Positions 21,825-37,299 of a stretch of 64,000 bases of DNA are shown one piece after another. The translations under genes and the position numbers were made by a program. The stretch is from Macrostomum lignano (Eukaryota). Within the stretch, counting starts at the first letter, position 1, and each line of letters starts with the position of its first letter. The notes beneath the pieces were generated by a model, which saw nothing but the letters and a program-made list of their open reading frames with translations, was not told the DNA's origin and did no database searches. Where the stretch lies: contig NIVC01001079.1 in assembly GCA_002269645.1 (NCBI GenBank), positions 248,001-312,000 on the forward strand, written 5' to 3'.

Positions 21825-22632
21825 GTCTGTCACATGGTGTCAAGGTCTATCTGTCACATTGTGTCAAGGTCTATCTGTCACATTGTGTCAAGGTCTATCT
21901 GTCACATTGTGTCAAGGTCTATCTGTCACATTGTGTCAAGGTCTATCTTTCACATGGTGTCAAGGTCTATCTGTCACATGGTGTCAAGGTCTATCTGTCA
22001 CATGGTGTCAAGGTCTATCTGTCACATGGTGTCAAGGTGTCACTTGATGTCAAGGTCTATCTGTCACATGGTGTCAAGGTCTATCTGTCACATTGTGTCA
22101 AGGTCTATCTGTCACATTGTGTCAAGGTCTATCTGTCACATTGTGTCAAGGTCTATCTGTCACATTGTGTCAAGGTCTATCTTTCACATGGTGTCAAGGT
22201 CTATCTGTCACATGGTGTCAAGGTCTATCTGTCACATGGTGTCAAGGTCTATCTGTCACATGGTGTCAAGGTGTCACTTGATGTCAAGGTCTATCTGTCA
22301 CATGGTGTCAAGGTCTATCTGTCACATGGTGTCAAGGTGTCACTTGATGTCAAGGTCTATCTGTCACATGGTGTCAAGGTGTCACTTGATGTCAAGGTCT
22401 ATCTGTCACATGGTGTCAAGGTGTCACTTGATGTCAAGGTCTATCTTTCACATGGTGTCAAGGTCTAACTGTCACATTGTGTCAAGGTCTATCTTTCACA
22501 TGGTGTCAAGGTCTATCTGTCTGTCACATTGTTTCAAGGTCTATCTGTCACATTGTTTCAAGGTCTATCTGTCACATGGTGTCAAGGTCTATCTGTCACA
22601 TGGTGTCAAGGTCTATCTGTCACATGGTGTCT
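21825..22632. repeat. 24-bp minisatellite GTGTCAAGGTCTATCTGTCACATG
   Basis: 8-aa periodic pseudo-ORFs (VSRSICHM). Confidence 0.97.
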
Positions 22633-23519
22633 GAGACGACGGTCAACGCCAGGGATCCGCAACGCTCAGACAAACTTTTCTGGATCACATGACAAAAAGC
22701 TCAGGTTAAAAAAAAATTATTCTGAGTTATGAGTCATGTAATAACTGGGAGTTATTACTATATTAATAAATAGAGCATCGCATCAAAGTCTATTGAAAAT
22801 ATTTTCGGGATCTTTTTATCCCGTTTTGCTTCCAGTCCAACAAGCATTAAGAGGTCCTTGACTCTCTGGCTTAAGTTGCTTTCTTCAATTCAAGAGACTT
22901 GGCTGACTAAATTGGGATCATAAATTATTAACTGGGATCGGATCGCCCATCCCGGCACAAATGAGAAGCGAAACCCGCGGAGCCTGTCAAACCAACCCCC
23001 CCCCCAGCCTCTCGGATCCCTTCATCAAGGTTGGAGATCTTAAAATTATAGCCTGTTTCTTACTTCTATCCCCGCTGCAGCTCAAGGCACAAGAGAACGG
23101 GAGACTGGAATTTTACAATCTCCTCTATTCCTCATCAACCCACCCCGTGCTCTCCCGTGCATTGTTGGAAGACAAGGGAGCCGTATTAGAGCCATATAAG
23201 CCTCGAGCTAACCATGCGCTTTGCATGCTCAAGCTACTTGGGCCTTTTACAAGCTTTTGGAAAACATTTTCCTTCATTAAAATCCAGCTTTTTTCTGCGA
23301 AACTAGATTACGTTTCCAATAGTTCAACACAATCGATATAGAGAAGATGATGTTTGATTTCATGAGCTTTCCAAAGTACAAAGACAATGCGTTGAAACTC
23401 GGGCGTTTAAGGCAGGGGTGAGCAGACTCCGGCCATATGCGGCCCGCAAAGCCTCTCTATCCAGCCCTTGGGTCCTTGGACACTTCATAATAGCAATCCA
23501 GCCCGCTCAAGGTTTGTCT

Positions 23520-23745
23520 CTTCTCAGCTATCTCTCCTGCTCTCCTCTCATCTCCTCTCTCTTCTTCTCTCCTCTCCTCTCCTCTCCTCTCCTCTCTTCT
23601 CCTCTCCTCTTATCTCCTTTCTTATCACTCATCTCTTCTTTCATAGCCTCGATCTTATCTCGCCTCTCACCTCCTCTCTCTTTTGTTATCTCTCATCTTC
23701 TCTTTCGCCTCTTTCCCTCATTCCCTCTCCTTTCCACTCTCATCT
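23520..23745. repeat. CT-rich low-complexity tract incl. (CTCCT)n; similar tract at 21690-21800
   Basis: Direct inspection. Confidence 0.8.
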
Positions 23746-24604
23746 GGCCCGCAGCCATTGAGCTGGATTCTTTATCTGGGCCTTGAGCTAAAAATTTGCC
23801 CGACCCCAGATTTAAGGGGTAAGTTAACTCGAGTTTTTAGGTGCCGACTTGAGTATGTTATAAGCGGTAATTCGAGAACTTGGCTGTTTGGGTTGAAATG
23901 CAAGTGCCACAAAATCAGGGAGGTAGGTATTTGAAAAGGAAACGCATACCAAAACTACTGCAGTATCATTTATTGCCTTCCAAAAAGTTTCCCACCAAAT
24001 AGGAACTCCATAAACAAGCTCAATAAAGACCGAATTCCCAAAGCTCAGGTTATCAGGTAGGTAGATAACAATATAATTCCCTACTGAGTCGAATCCCTAC
24101 TGGGAGATAAAACAAACCGAGATGTATCGTGATTTGGAAAGATGACTTCATCGCTCGCGCGACCCCCGTATCATTCAGTCATTCAGTTCGGTCTCAGAAA
24201 CAGGCATCAAAATGAAATTACAACAACGAACAGTAGGGCTCCCACCTGACAGTGCACGTGACAGTTCTCGGGAGTCTGAGGCGCTTGAGGGACATCAAAA
24301 CCATTAAAAAATTTTATATAGCCAACCACATTCTTATATAGCTCGTAACCCTTCCGTATAGCAATAAAATTGTCGCTAAGCCAGCTCTGTCTGTTGGTAT
24401 TGTAGCGAAATTTCCCAAAAGCAATAGTTATCGCTGTTTACCGTGGGAGACTACTAAAAATCGGTCTTCTCTCGAACAAGGGCGCGCTGGCATTTAGAAA
24501 AGTTCAAGGCTCTTTTGAGTTGGCTTTTGACTTACAGATAACTAATTTGGTCTTTTGGCGTCATCACTGAGTCACTTCTCACTCATACCTTTATTCGCGC
24601 CTAT

Positions 24605-25090
24605 CACGCATATCTTGGCGCCCTTAAACATATCTTGGCGCCCTAAAACATAACTTGGCGCTCTTAAACGTATCTTGGCGACATCACCCCTATCTTGGCG
24701 CCATCACCCCTATCTTGGCGACATCACCACTTTTCTTGGTGACATCACCCCTATCTCGGCGATATCACCCCTATCTTGGCGACATCACCCCTATCTTGGC
24801 ACCATCAACCCCTTATCTTGGCGCCATCACCCCTATCTTGGAGACATCACGCCTATCTTGGAGACATCACCCCTATCTTGGCGACATCACCACTTTTCTT
24901 GGTGACATCACCCCTATCTCGGCGATATCACCCCTATCTTGGCGACATCACCCCTATCTCGGCGATATCACCCCTATCTTGGCGCCATCACCCCTATCTT
25001 GGCGACATCACCCCTATCTTGGCGACATCACCCCCTTATCTTGGCGCCATCAACCCTATCTTGGCGCTTTTAAATATATCTTAGCGCCCT
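24605..25090. repeat. ~20-bp minisatellite ATCACCCCTATCTTGGCGAC
   Basis: Direct inspection. Confidence 0.93.
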
Positions 25091-25864
25091 TACACCTACC
25101 TTGGTGCCAACTAGACCATTACCTGTACCTAAACAAACACACATTGTTGAATTTTGACTTAACCTTCTTACCTGCAAAAAATATACATTTGTAGCTTAAC
25201 TGCAAAGCAGTTTATCTCTGTTATTGGTGCTTTTTTGCATACATGTAAGCAAATCTGATTATATTATGGAATCGCATGAGCAGGACTCAGCAGCCTGCAT
25301 GCATGCAGTTAAAGATGCCAGGTATTGATGAGTAGAATTTCAACAAGAGTCTCAAAATTATGAAATTGAAGAGAAGTGAAAGATGCTCAAGTAATCATAA
25401 AAAAATAGAACGACTATAAATTCTATACTTTAGTTCCAGTATCCTTTATTTTTCCTAAAAATCTTATTTGTAAGCCTTTTTCGTATTGTCGAAATTGGGT
25501 AATAAACCCAAGTTTTTTTCTCGTGTTATCGTGCGATTCAGAAGCCAGCCAAGCCAAAGCAGAAGAATAGAGAGATTGCAATCTGCGATTATGTTTGCCA
25601 AGCCAAGCCAAGTATATAGATTGTTTGAAAGGCGGTGCTTGAAGATTGAAGAGACGAATGAGTTAAGAGAAGTGGAAGTCCAGGAACACAGTAGCAGTCC
25701 TTGCTCGCCCCCCTCACTTCCGTGAGAACCAACAGACCAATAAGTATAAGTGCTTATTATTGGTCTGTGGTGAGAACCCCTGTTACTCCGACTTCCGACT
25801 TCCGAACTAGAGTGTGTTTCACAAACTTAGACGCTTCGCGAACAAGAAACTACACAAACTAATA

Positions 25865-26175
25865 TTAACAATTATATATATATATTAATTGATTACACCT
25901 GCCCCAATTGGGCCAGATGTGCAACCGACAGCTCAGCCGCAGCTATTGCGCGGCGCATCTGAAGGCTGCGTACGGCTGTTCAGTCCAAGGACTGGGGGGT
26001 CGCCACGCACACCCTCAATTACCCCAGCTAATGCTGGCACCCATTTTACAGCTGGGTGAACTGAAGCAATGCAGAGTTAAGTGTCTTGCTCAAGGACACA
26101 AATTGTTGCGAATGGGTCGGGAATCGAACCCACGACCTTTAAGTCGTTAGTCCGACGCTCAAACCACTAGGCAAT
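25865..26175 (-). mobile_element. tRNA-derived CORE-type (MIR-like) SINE
   Basis: On the minus strand: A-box-like tagtggtttgagc, B box gggttcgattccc, then tgtgtccttgagcaagacacttaactctgcattgcttcagttcacccagctgtaaaatggg, which closely resembles the MIR CORE domain as I recall it. AT-rich 3' tail near 25870. Confidence 0.8.
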
Positions 26176-26994
26176 TGTCAAATTTGAATTTTCAACTAAG
26201 ATCTATTTGTTTTATTTCTAGTTTAGAGTTTTCCAATCCAGTTTTGGGTTTCTTTCAATGGTCCTCAGTTGGTGCTCTGTTATGAATAATCGCCATTTTG
26301 ATTCACCAGCTTCTCCCGCTTGTCTCCCCAGATTTGATCTGATAATTGACGGTTTCGAGGGGTGGGGGGCGGGTGGCGGGGCGGACGGGGATAGACATAG
26401 ACAGGCGGGTCGCATTCGTGAGCTTCTGGTCCACTAGAGCCGTGAGGAGCCGTGAAGGCTTGAAAAATGTCTCGCTGTTTCAGTCACAGCTAAAGCTATA
26501 CTTCAGCTTAAATTGCAGTTTCGAAGAAATCCTGGAATTTGAATTTTTAATGATGAAGAGTCGCATTATTTGTTTTTTTCAATAGAATGGTTTCACAACG
26601 CCTTATTTTTATTCTTTCATGATGTGAAATGTAATAGATCACGTGATTAATTAATTGTTCAAGTCATAGTTGTGAAATTTGATGCGTAACTTCTAATAAC
26701 TTCTTAGAAGCCGCTTTGAAAGTTCAGGACAATAGACCGAGCCAAATAACAATTTTACAGATCAAACAATTGATCAAAATTAAAAACGATTCCGAAATCA
26801 ATCACATTAATCGGCATGTTTTCTAGCTATGGATGCTAAATAAAAAGGCAAGAATCGACATTGTGCTCGTTTTGAAGAAAAATGAACATAATTATAGCTT
26901 TGCCTGCTATTTAGCTCCTACAGGGAGTAATTGTATGAATTGATTGACTCCACCGGCCCCACCTTCTGTCTTCATTTAACGATTTCATCGAGAA

Positions 26995-28442
26995 TTCAAG
27001 GTATTCAGGACCTCAGCATCCATGTCCCTCAGCTTCCTCAGTGTACTTCATGTATTCAGGACCGCCTCCTCAGTGTCCCTCGGGTTATTCAGGACTGCCT
27101 CCTCAGTGTCCCTCAGGTATTCAGGACCGCCTCCTCAGTGTCCCTCGGGTTATTCAGGACTGCCTCCTCAGTGTCCCTCGGGTTATTCAGGACTGCCTCC
27201 TCAGTGTACCTCAGGTATTCGAAACCGCGCCCTCCTCAGTGTCCCTCAGGTATTCAGGACCGCCTCCTCAGTGTCCCTCGGGTTATTCAGGACTGCCTCT
27301 TCACTGTCCCTCAGGTATTCAGGACCGCCTCCTTAGTGTCCCTCAGGTATTCAGGACCGCCTCCTCAGTGTCCCTCAGGTATTCGAAACCGCGCCCTTCT
27401 AAGTGTCCCTCGGGTTATTCAGGACCGCCTCCTCAGTGTCCTTCAGGTATCCAGGACCGCCTCCTCAGTGTCCTTCAGGTATTCAGGACCGCCTCTTCAG
27501 TGTACCTCAGGTATTCGAAACCGCGTCCTCCTCAGTGTCCTTCAGGTATTCAGGACCGCCTCCTCAGTGTACCTTAGGTATTCGAAACCGCGTCCTCCTC
27601 AGTGTCCCTCAGGTATTCAGGACCGCCTCCTCAGTGTCCCTCGGGTTATTCAGGACCGCCTCTTCAGTGTACCTCAGGTATTCAAAACCGCGCCCTCCTC
27701 AGTGTCCCTCAGGTATTCAGAACCGCCTCCTCAGTGTCCCTCAGGTATTCAGAACCGCCTCCTCAGTGTCCTTCAGGTATTCAGGACCGCCTCCTCAGTG
27801 TCCCTCAGGTATTCAGGACCGCCTCCTCAGTGTCCCTCAGGTATTCAGAACCGCCTCCTCAGTGTCCCTCAGGTATTCGAAACCGCGCCCTCCTAAGTGT
27901 CCCTCGGGTTATTCAGGACCGCCTCCTCAGTGTCCTTCAGGTATCCAGGACCGCCTCCTCAGTGTCCTTCAGGTATTCAGGACCGCCTCTTCAGTGTACC
28001 TCAGGTATTCGAAACCGCGTCCTCCTCAGTGTCCTTCAGGTATTCAGGACCGCCTCCTCAGTGTACCTTAGGTATTCGAAACCGCGTCCTCCTCAGTGTC
28101 CCTCAGGTATTCAGGACCGCCTCCTCAGTGTCCCTCGGGTTATTCAGGACCGCCTCTTCAGTGTACCTCAGGTATTCAAAACCGCGCCCTCCTCAGTGTC
28201 CTCAGGTATTCAGAACCGCCTCCTCAGTGTCCCTCAGGTATTCAGAACCGCCTCCTCAGTGTCCTTCAGGTATTCAGGACCGCCTCCTCAGTGTCCCTCA
28301 GGTATTCAGGACCGCCTCCTCAGTGTCCCTCAGGTATTCAGGACCGCCTCCTCAGTGTCCCTCAGGTATTCAGAACCGCCTCCTCAGTGTCCCTCAGGTA
28401 TTCAGTACCGCCTCCTCAGTGTCCCTCAGGTATTCAGAACCG
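26995..28442. repeat. ~32-bp minisatellite TCAGGACCGCCTCCTCAGTGTCCCTCAGGTAT with a 494-bp higher-order duplication
   Basis: Tandem units visible; identical pseudo-ORF starts at 27403/27897 and 27602/28096. Confidence 0.95.
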
Positions 28443-28924
28443 CATTAATAAAAAATCTAAGAGCAAAAAGTAGACTAAGAGCTGAAGTGGTCTCATTGAC
28501 TAATTCTCATATAAAAATCAATCATTCCGGATTAGGTTATCTAACGTGCGCCTTTATACTGTAATACGCTATAATCCACCCGATACAGTGTGAGCAATAT
28601 AGAATCTGAAACAAAGAAGACAGGCACATCAAGGATGCACAGGTCTGAGAGCGATTGCCAGATTATAGAAAAAAATCAAAGGATTACGCAGAAACGGTCT
28701 GTCATAAAAGAATGGTAATTAATAATTGATAATTTAACTAGGTTGAAAAATCTCTAATTGCACGCAAGGTTAGGCTTAAGACGATAAAAAAGTATTGCTT
28801 TAAGTTTAGCAAGCTGAGTACACCAAAAGAGTTTTAATTGGCTAGTTGGGGAATCGCAGTAATCATTCGCGAATTCTATGCTAGAATACAGTTCGAAAAT
28901 GAATTTAATTTCAAAGACGGGAGA

Positions 28925-30292
28925 CAGGTAGAGAGCGGAGAGGAGGGCGGAGAGTCACGGGGAGAGAGGAGATGAGGTGAATGAAGGTTGGACACACGGG
29001 GAGGGCGGAGAGACACGGGTAGAGAGGAGAGTAGGGGCGGAGAGACATGGGGAGAGAGGAGAGGAGGGCGGAGAGTCACGGGGAGAGAGGAGAGGAGGGC
29101 GGAGAGTCACGGAGAGAGAGGAGAGGAGGGCGGAGAGTCACGGGGAGAGAGGAGAGGAGGGCGGAGAGTCACGGGGAGAGAGGAGAGGAGGGCGGAGAGT
29201 CACGGGGAGAGAGGAGATGAGGTGAATGAAGGTTGGACACACGGGGAGGGAGGAGAGACACGGGTAGAGAGGAGAGTAGGGGCGGAGAGACATGGGGAGA
29301 GAGGAGAGGAGGGCGGAGAGTCACGAGGAGAGAGGAGAGGAGGGCGGAGAGTCACGGGGAGAGAGGAGAGGAGGGCGGAGAGTCACGGAGAGAGAGGAGA
29401 GGAGGGCGGAGAGACACGGGTAGAGAGGAGAGTAGGGGCGGAGAGACATGGGGAGAGAGGAGAGGAGGGCGGAGAGTCACGAGGAGAGAGGAGAGGAGGG
29501 CGGAGAGTCACGGGGAGAGAGGAGAGGAGGGCGGAGAGTCACGGAGAGAGAGGAGAGGAGGGCGGAGAGTCACGGGGAGAGAGGAGAGGAGGGCGGAGAG
29601 TCACGGAGAGAGAGGAGAGGAGGGCGGAGAGTCACGGGGAGAGAGGAGAGGAGGGCGGAGAGTCACGGAGAGAGAGGAGAGGAGGGCGGAGAGTCACGGG
29701 GAGAGAGGAGAGGAGGGCGGAGAGTCACGGGGAGAGAGGAGAGGAGGGCGGAGAGTCACGGGGAGAGAGGAGATGAGGTGAATGAAGGTTGGACACACGG
29801 GGAGGGAGGAGAGACACGGGTAGAGAGGAGAGTAGGGGCGGAGAGACATGGGGAGAGAGGAGAGGAGGGCGGAGAGTCACGAGGAGAGAGGAGAGGAGGG
29901 CGGAGAGTCACGGGGAGAGAGGAGAGGAGGGCGGAGAGTCACGGAGAGAGAGGAGAGGAGGGCGGAGAGTCACGGGGAGAGAGGAGAGGAGGGCGGAGAG
30001 TCACGGAGAGAGAGGAGAGGAGGGCGGAGAGTCACGGGGAGAGAGGAGAGGAGGGCGGAGAGTCACGGGGAGAGAGGAGAGGAGGGCGGAGAGTCACGGG
30101 GAGAGAGGAGAGGAGGGCGGAGAGTCACGGGGAGAGAGGAGAGGAGGGCGGAGAGTCACGGGGAGAGAGGAGAGGAGGGCGGAGAGTCACGGGGAGAGAG
30201 GAGAGGAGGGCGGAGAGTCACGGGGAGAGAGGAGAGGAGGGCGGAGAGTCACGGGGAGAGAGGAGAGGAGGGCGGAGAGTCACGGGGAGAGT
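28925..30292. repeat. 31-bp purine-rich minisatellite GGAGAGGAGGGCGGAGAGTCACGGGGAGAGA with a recurring variant block
   Basis: Tandem units; the block gatgaggtgaatgaaggttggacacacgggg recurs at ~28972, 29217 and 29772. Confidence 0.95.
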
Positions 30293-30296
30293 CAAG

Positions 30297-32974
<2,678 letters not shown>

Positions 32975-33519
32975 GCGCCACCTAGCTGCTCTCACCTCTG
33001 TTGCCAGGCCAAATTCAACTTGAGGCAATAAGCCGGAGTTTCTCCCTTCTCTTAGGCCTGAATTTCTTTGTTTCTCGCCCCTCTCCCCTGAGAGAGGCAG
33101 AGGGAGGGGGTGGGGAGGGGTGGGGGCCCGCGGGCGGCAGACGCGGCGCGTACATCGCCTTCAATTCTCACCCATTAGGGCTGTACAAAATCGCCATGCA
33201 AACCCCGGTTAGTAGTTAATTGCAGACTTACATGTATAAGCGTTCTCACTGCCAGCTAAAGCTTGCTTCATTGAACGCAAATAGGGCTAAAATGTTGTGA
33301 AAATTAAAAAAATAATTGAGTAGTATGGTGAAGACAGGGCTTGCTGGGGTGTTAGATAGCCAAAAAGAAGCTTTGTTGTCAGAATCAATGCTCTCTTTTT
33401 ACTTGAAATATTTTTGGAGTTCCTTCCTTCTCTCTCTCTCTCTCTTCTTTTGCTCCTATCCCATCTTTCCATTACTTTCTGAATCCCCTTGAGATAATGA
33501 TTGCACTTAATTTTTATTG

Positions 33520-34765
33520 ACCACGCCGGTAAAAACGGCTTGGCATAGCAGAGTGTCAAACTGGCATATGCAGCGATAGTCTATGGCCAGGCCTGCTGAC
33601 CACGCCGGTAAAAACGGCTTTGCACAGCAGTGTCAAACTGGCATATGCAGCGATAGTCTATGGCCAGGCCTGCTGACCACGCCGGTATAAACGGCTTTGC
33701 ACAGCAGTGTCAAACTGGCATTTGCAGCGATAGTCTATGGCCAGGCCTGCTGACCACGCCGGTATAAACGGCTTTGCACAGCAGTGTCAAACTGGCATAT
33801 GCAGCGATAGTCTATGGCCAGGCCTGCTGACCACGCCGGTATAAACGGCTTTGCACAGCAGTGTCAAACTGGCATATGCAGCGATAGTCTATGGCCAGGC
33901 CTGCTGACCACGCCGGTATAAACGGCTTTGCACAGCAGTGTCAAACTGGCATTTGCAGCGATAGTCTATGGCCAGGCCTGCTGACCATGTCGGTAAAAAC
34001 TGCTTTGCACAGCAGTGTCAAACTGGCATTTGCAGCGATAGTCTATGGCCAGGCCTGCTGACCATGTCGGTATAAACGGCTTTGCACAGCAGTGTCAAAC
34101 TGGCATTTGCAGCGATAGTCTATGGCCAGGCCTGCTGACCATGTCGGTATAAACGGCTTTGCACAGCAGTGTCAAACTGGCATTTGCAGCGATAGTCTAT
34201 GGCCAGGCCTGCTGACCATGTCGGTATAAACGGCTTTGCACAGCAGTGTCAAACTGGCATATGCAGCGATAGTCTATGGCCAGGCCTGCTGACCATGTCG
34301 GTAAAAACGGCTTTGCACAGCAGTGTCAAACTGGCATTTGCAGCGATAGTCTATGGCCAGGCCTGCTGACCATGTCGGTAAAAACTGCTTTGCACAGCAG
34401 TGTCAAACTGGAATATGCAGCGATAGTCTATGGCCAGGCCTGCTGACCATGTCGGTAAAAACTGCTTTGCACAGCAGTGTCAAACTGGAATATGCAGCGA
34501 TAGTCTATGGCCAGGCCTGCTGACCATGTCGGTATAAACGGCTTTGCACAGCAGTGTCAAACTGGCATTTGCAGCGATAGTCTATGGCCAGGCCTGCTGA
34601 CCATGTCGGTATAAACGGCTTTGCACAGCAGTGTCAAACTGGAATATGCAGCGATAGTCTATGGCCAGGCCTGCTGACCACGCCGGTATAAACGGCTTTG
34701 CACAGCAGTGTCAAACTGGCATTTGCAGCGATAGTTTATGACCAGGCCTGCTAACAACACCGGTA
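33520..34765. repeat. 77-bp satellite (GGCCAGGCCTGCTGACCACGCCGG...GCGATAGTCTAT), ~16 copies
   Basis: Unit starts at 33585 and 33662 give a period of 77; no unique spacers. Confidence 0.97.
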
Positions 34766-35372
34766 AGAAATGCTTAAATTAAATTGCTGTCCAAGCCAAA
34801 TTTTAATGTACGACATATAGCGAAGCTAAAAAATAAAAATTTGAAATTTGGACTTTACGTACAATGAAAACAAATAGGCTTGGCCAAAAGAGTTTTCCAT
34901 TTATTTAATTAAAAAACAGCTCTTACAGCAGCCCTATACGCGTAATCACAATCAGACGCATCGGAGCCATTGCAATTAAAATTCAATTGGCTAATGAAAA
35001 CTGGGCGACATCATTAGCAAAAGTTATCCTTTCAAAAAACTGCACTATTCATTCGAACGGGTTGTTGACTCACTAGAGTTGTTTGTTTGATTTTCTGCTA
35101 CTAAAAAGCATCAAAAACAATCCTTGTGCTTTTCCTACGGTCAGGAAAATGATCCTCGCCGAGTCGTTTCGTCAAATGACAGCTGTTGCGCTGCTGTCTT
35201 TAAGAACAAACTGATAGCCTATTTAATTGTTGCTGAATACGAACTACTTTACGCTCAATTTTCCGACTTTGAACTTTATCATACGACGTGCAAAGAACGT
35301 ATTGTAAATTTTCAAGCGCTTCAAGAAGGCTGCAATCAATAGCATTCTTTAGTTCAGAATGCATTTCTTGCG

Positions 35373-36463
35373 TCACTGGAACGGATTGACGCACTCACAC
35401 AGAGCTGTCGCGATGCCCGAATACGTGTTGGTTACATCATCGATACCAGTCACATGACTACTCCAGATGTTGGTCTTATTGTAGTTATCTCCGTGGTTTG
35501 GTTGTCCGGGCAGCCACACCTCGGGCAGGAAGCTCGAGTTGCAGCCGTGCCAGAACCAGGTGCCGCTAGCGAAACTGCCGACCCGGTAGCCGCCGACGAA
35601 ATACGAGGCGCCCGAGTTCGCATTGGTTTTGATCCAGTGCAGGTGGTCCACTTCGGCCCGGTCGATTCCGTCGGCGAACTTCGTGAGGCCGAGCTCGGCC
35701 TGGCAGATGGAGAGTCCGGTGGACCAGCTGGGAGCCGTGATCAGCCTGAGATTGTGGGTTTGCGATCCTTCATCATGCGTTGGCACTCTCATCTGCATCC
35801 GCATTCGCATCCGCATCCACATCCACATCCACATCCACATTCGCATCCGCATCCGCATTCGCATTCACATCCACATCCGTATCCACATCCACATCCGCAT
35901 CCGCATCCGCATCTACATCCGCATTCGTATCTCCTCTACACACTTGAGTGCTTATTATAATCGTTTTATTCATTGCACGTCACGAGCTCGAAAAATGCCC
36001 ATCTCTCACGCATTGCATTGGCATACTAAAACACAATTGAGTCTTCACAGCCGCAAGACTCTGAGCCCGCATACCTGTACGTGGAGCTGAAATGCCGGTT
36101 GCCGTAGCCGTCCGGACACACCCGTCCGTCGGACAGTCCGGCCAGGCGTCTAACGAAGGCCCAGCCGAACTGGCTGCAGCTGTCCAGGTTGGCTCGGTGG
36201 CTGCAACTGTCGAACTCGAATGTCCGACACTGGCCGGAGTCGGGCTCCAGACGGAAGGCTCGGCACCGAGGCGAGCGGCTGCAAGCGCTGGCGCAAGCGA
36301 CTTTTAGGTAAGGCGTCACTCCATCGGGTGCTCGGACGAACTCCGGCCGCAGGCAGAGGCGGATGTAGGCGTAAGCAAAGTTGCTCGTGACGTCTGAGGA
36401 CTGTTGATGTACATTCGTAGCTTGTAGCCACAGCAGCAGCGCAATCAACGAGATTGATCTCAT
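35373..36463 (-). CDS. Secreted PAN/Apple-like + C-type lectin domain protein (copy A), ~253 aa, exons 36463-36075 and 35745-35373
   Basis: Signal peptide [18 protein letters not shown]-like C..AC....RCRAF......C. Donor tacag|gtatgc and acceptor ctcag| are phase 2. CTLD hallmarks CPDGY..YRL...SW....C, FVGG, W.W, WLPGQPN, LCE. Confidence 0.82.
35790..35935. repeat. (GCATCC)n hexamer microsatellite in the copy A intron
   Basis: Direct inspection. Confidence 0.9.
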
Positions 36464-37299
36464 TCTAGAAGTTTAGTTTAAGGCTGCCAGTCTCAATTGA
36501 AGTTTTGAGCATACAATGTCTTTAATACAAATTGCTATTAAGTAAATTAAAGCAGGCATAGGGGTTGCTCAGCTACGGATGGCAATAATTTTAAACGAAT
36601 CAGTTTGGACAGCCATCGCAAGCAAAGCCTGTTAGTTTTTCTGTTGCTTTTCGAGGCTTTTAATACTATTAAACTGATAAAGAGGGATTTAATTGCACAA
36701 CCGAATTCCAATTTCACTAATTGCACTCATTCAAAACCAGATACTCGACATCTGACGACAAGTCTAAAATGGCTTTTTCAGAATTTCTCCAGAAGCTAAC
36801 GAATGCGAGCGTATAAACCTTTTCATTCTTTGGAACCCTAAAACACTTTATTGAACGTATTATTTTGAACGATACGCAATCGAATTGAGGTGTCAATCGA
36901 GTAAATCGATTGACAGTTGATAAGGCTTTCCAAACTTCTCCAAATAATGGAGTCAAAAGCACTGGAGTTCAAGTCTCGACGAGTCATTGAAGTTCTCGAC
37001 ACCAACTCAAAGATGTAGATTTATCTGATATGTGCACTCAAAAGCCTAATTGGTTTTTAATGGCTAAGCGCACACGCTTGGACTGGATATCATTTGATTG
37101 ACATACAGTAAAATTCATTGTAGGGTTGTAGAAAGGTAGAAAGTACCTTTATTCGAATTTGGGGTTTTTCACCTATGTACACCTGTAAACCAGTGTTTTA
37201 ATTAAAAACTCCAACTCCCTCTGTTTCCATTGCCTATCTATGCGCTAATGATATACGAGCTTGAGGCCGTTTCCATTGCCTATCTATGCGCGAATGATA

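Noticed and set aside
21637-22732. Several ORFs upstream of the bHLH gene
   Set aside because: 24-bp repeat artefacts.
26100-26175. tRNA gene
   Set aside because: A/B boxes are present but no convincing acceptor stem, and it runs straight into a CORE-like domain, so it is a SINE head.
33520-34765. 77-bp periodic array as CRISPR
   Set aside because: The whole unit repeats; there is no spacer diversity.
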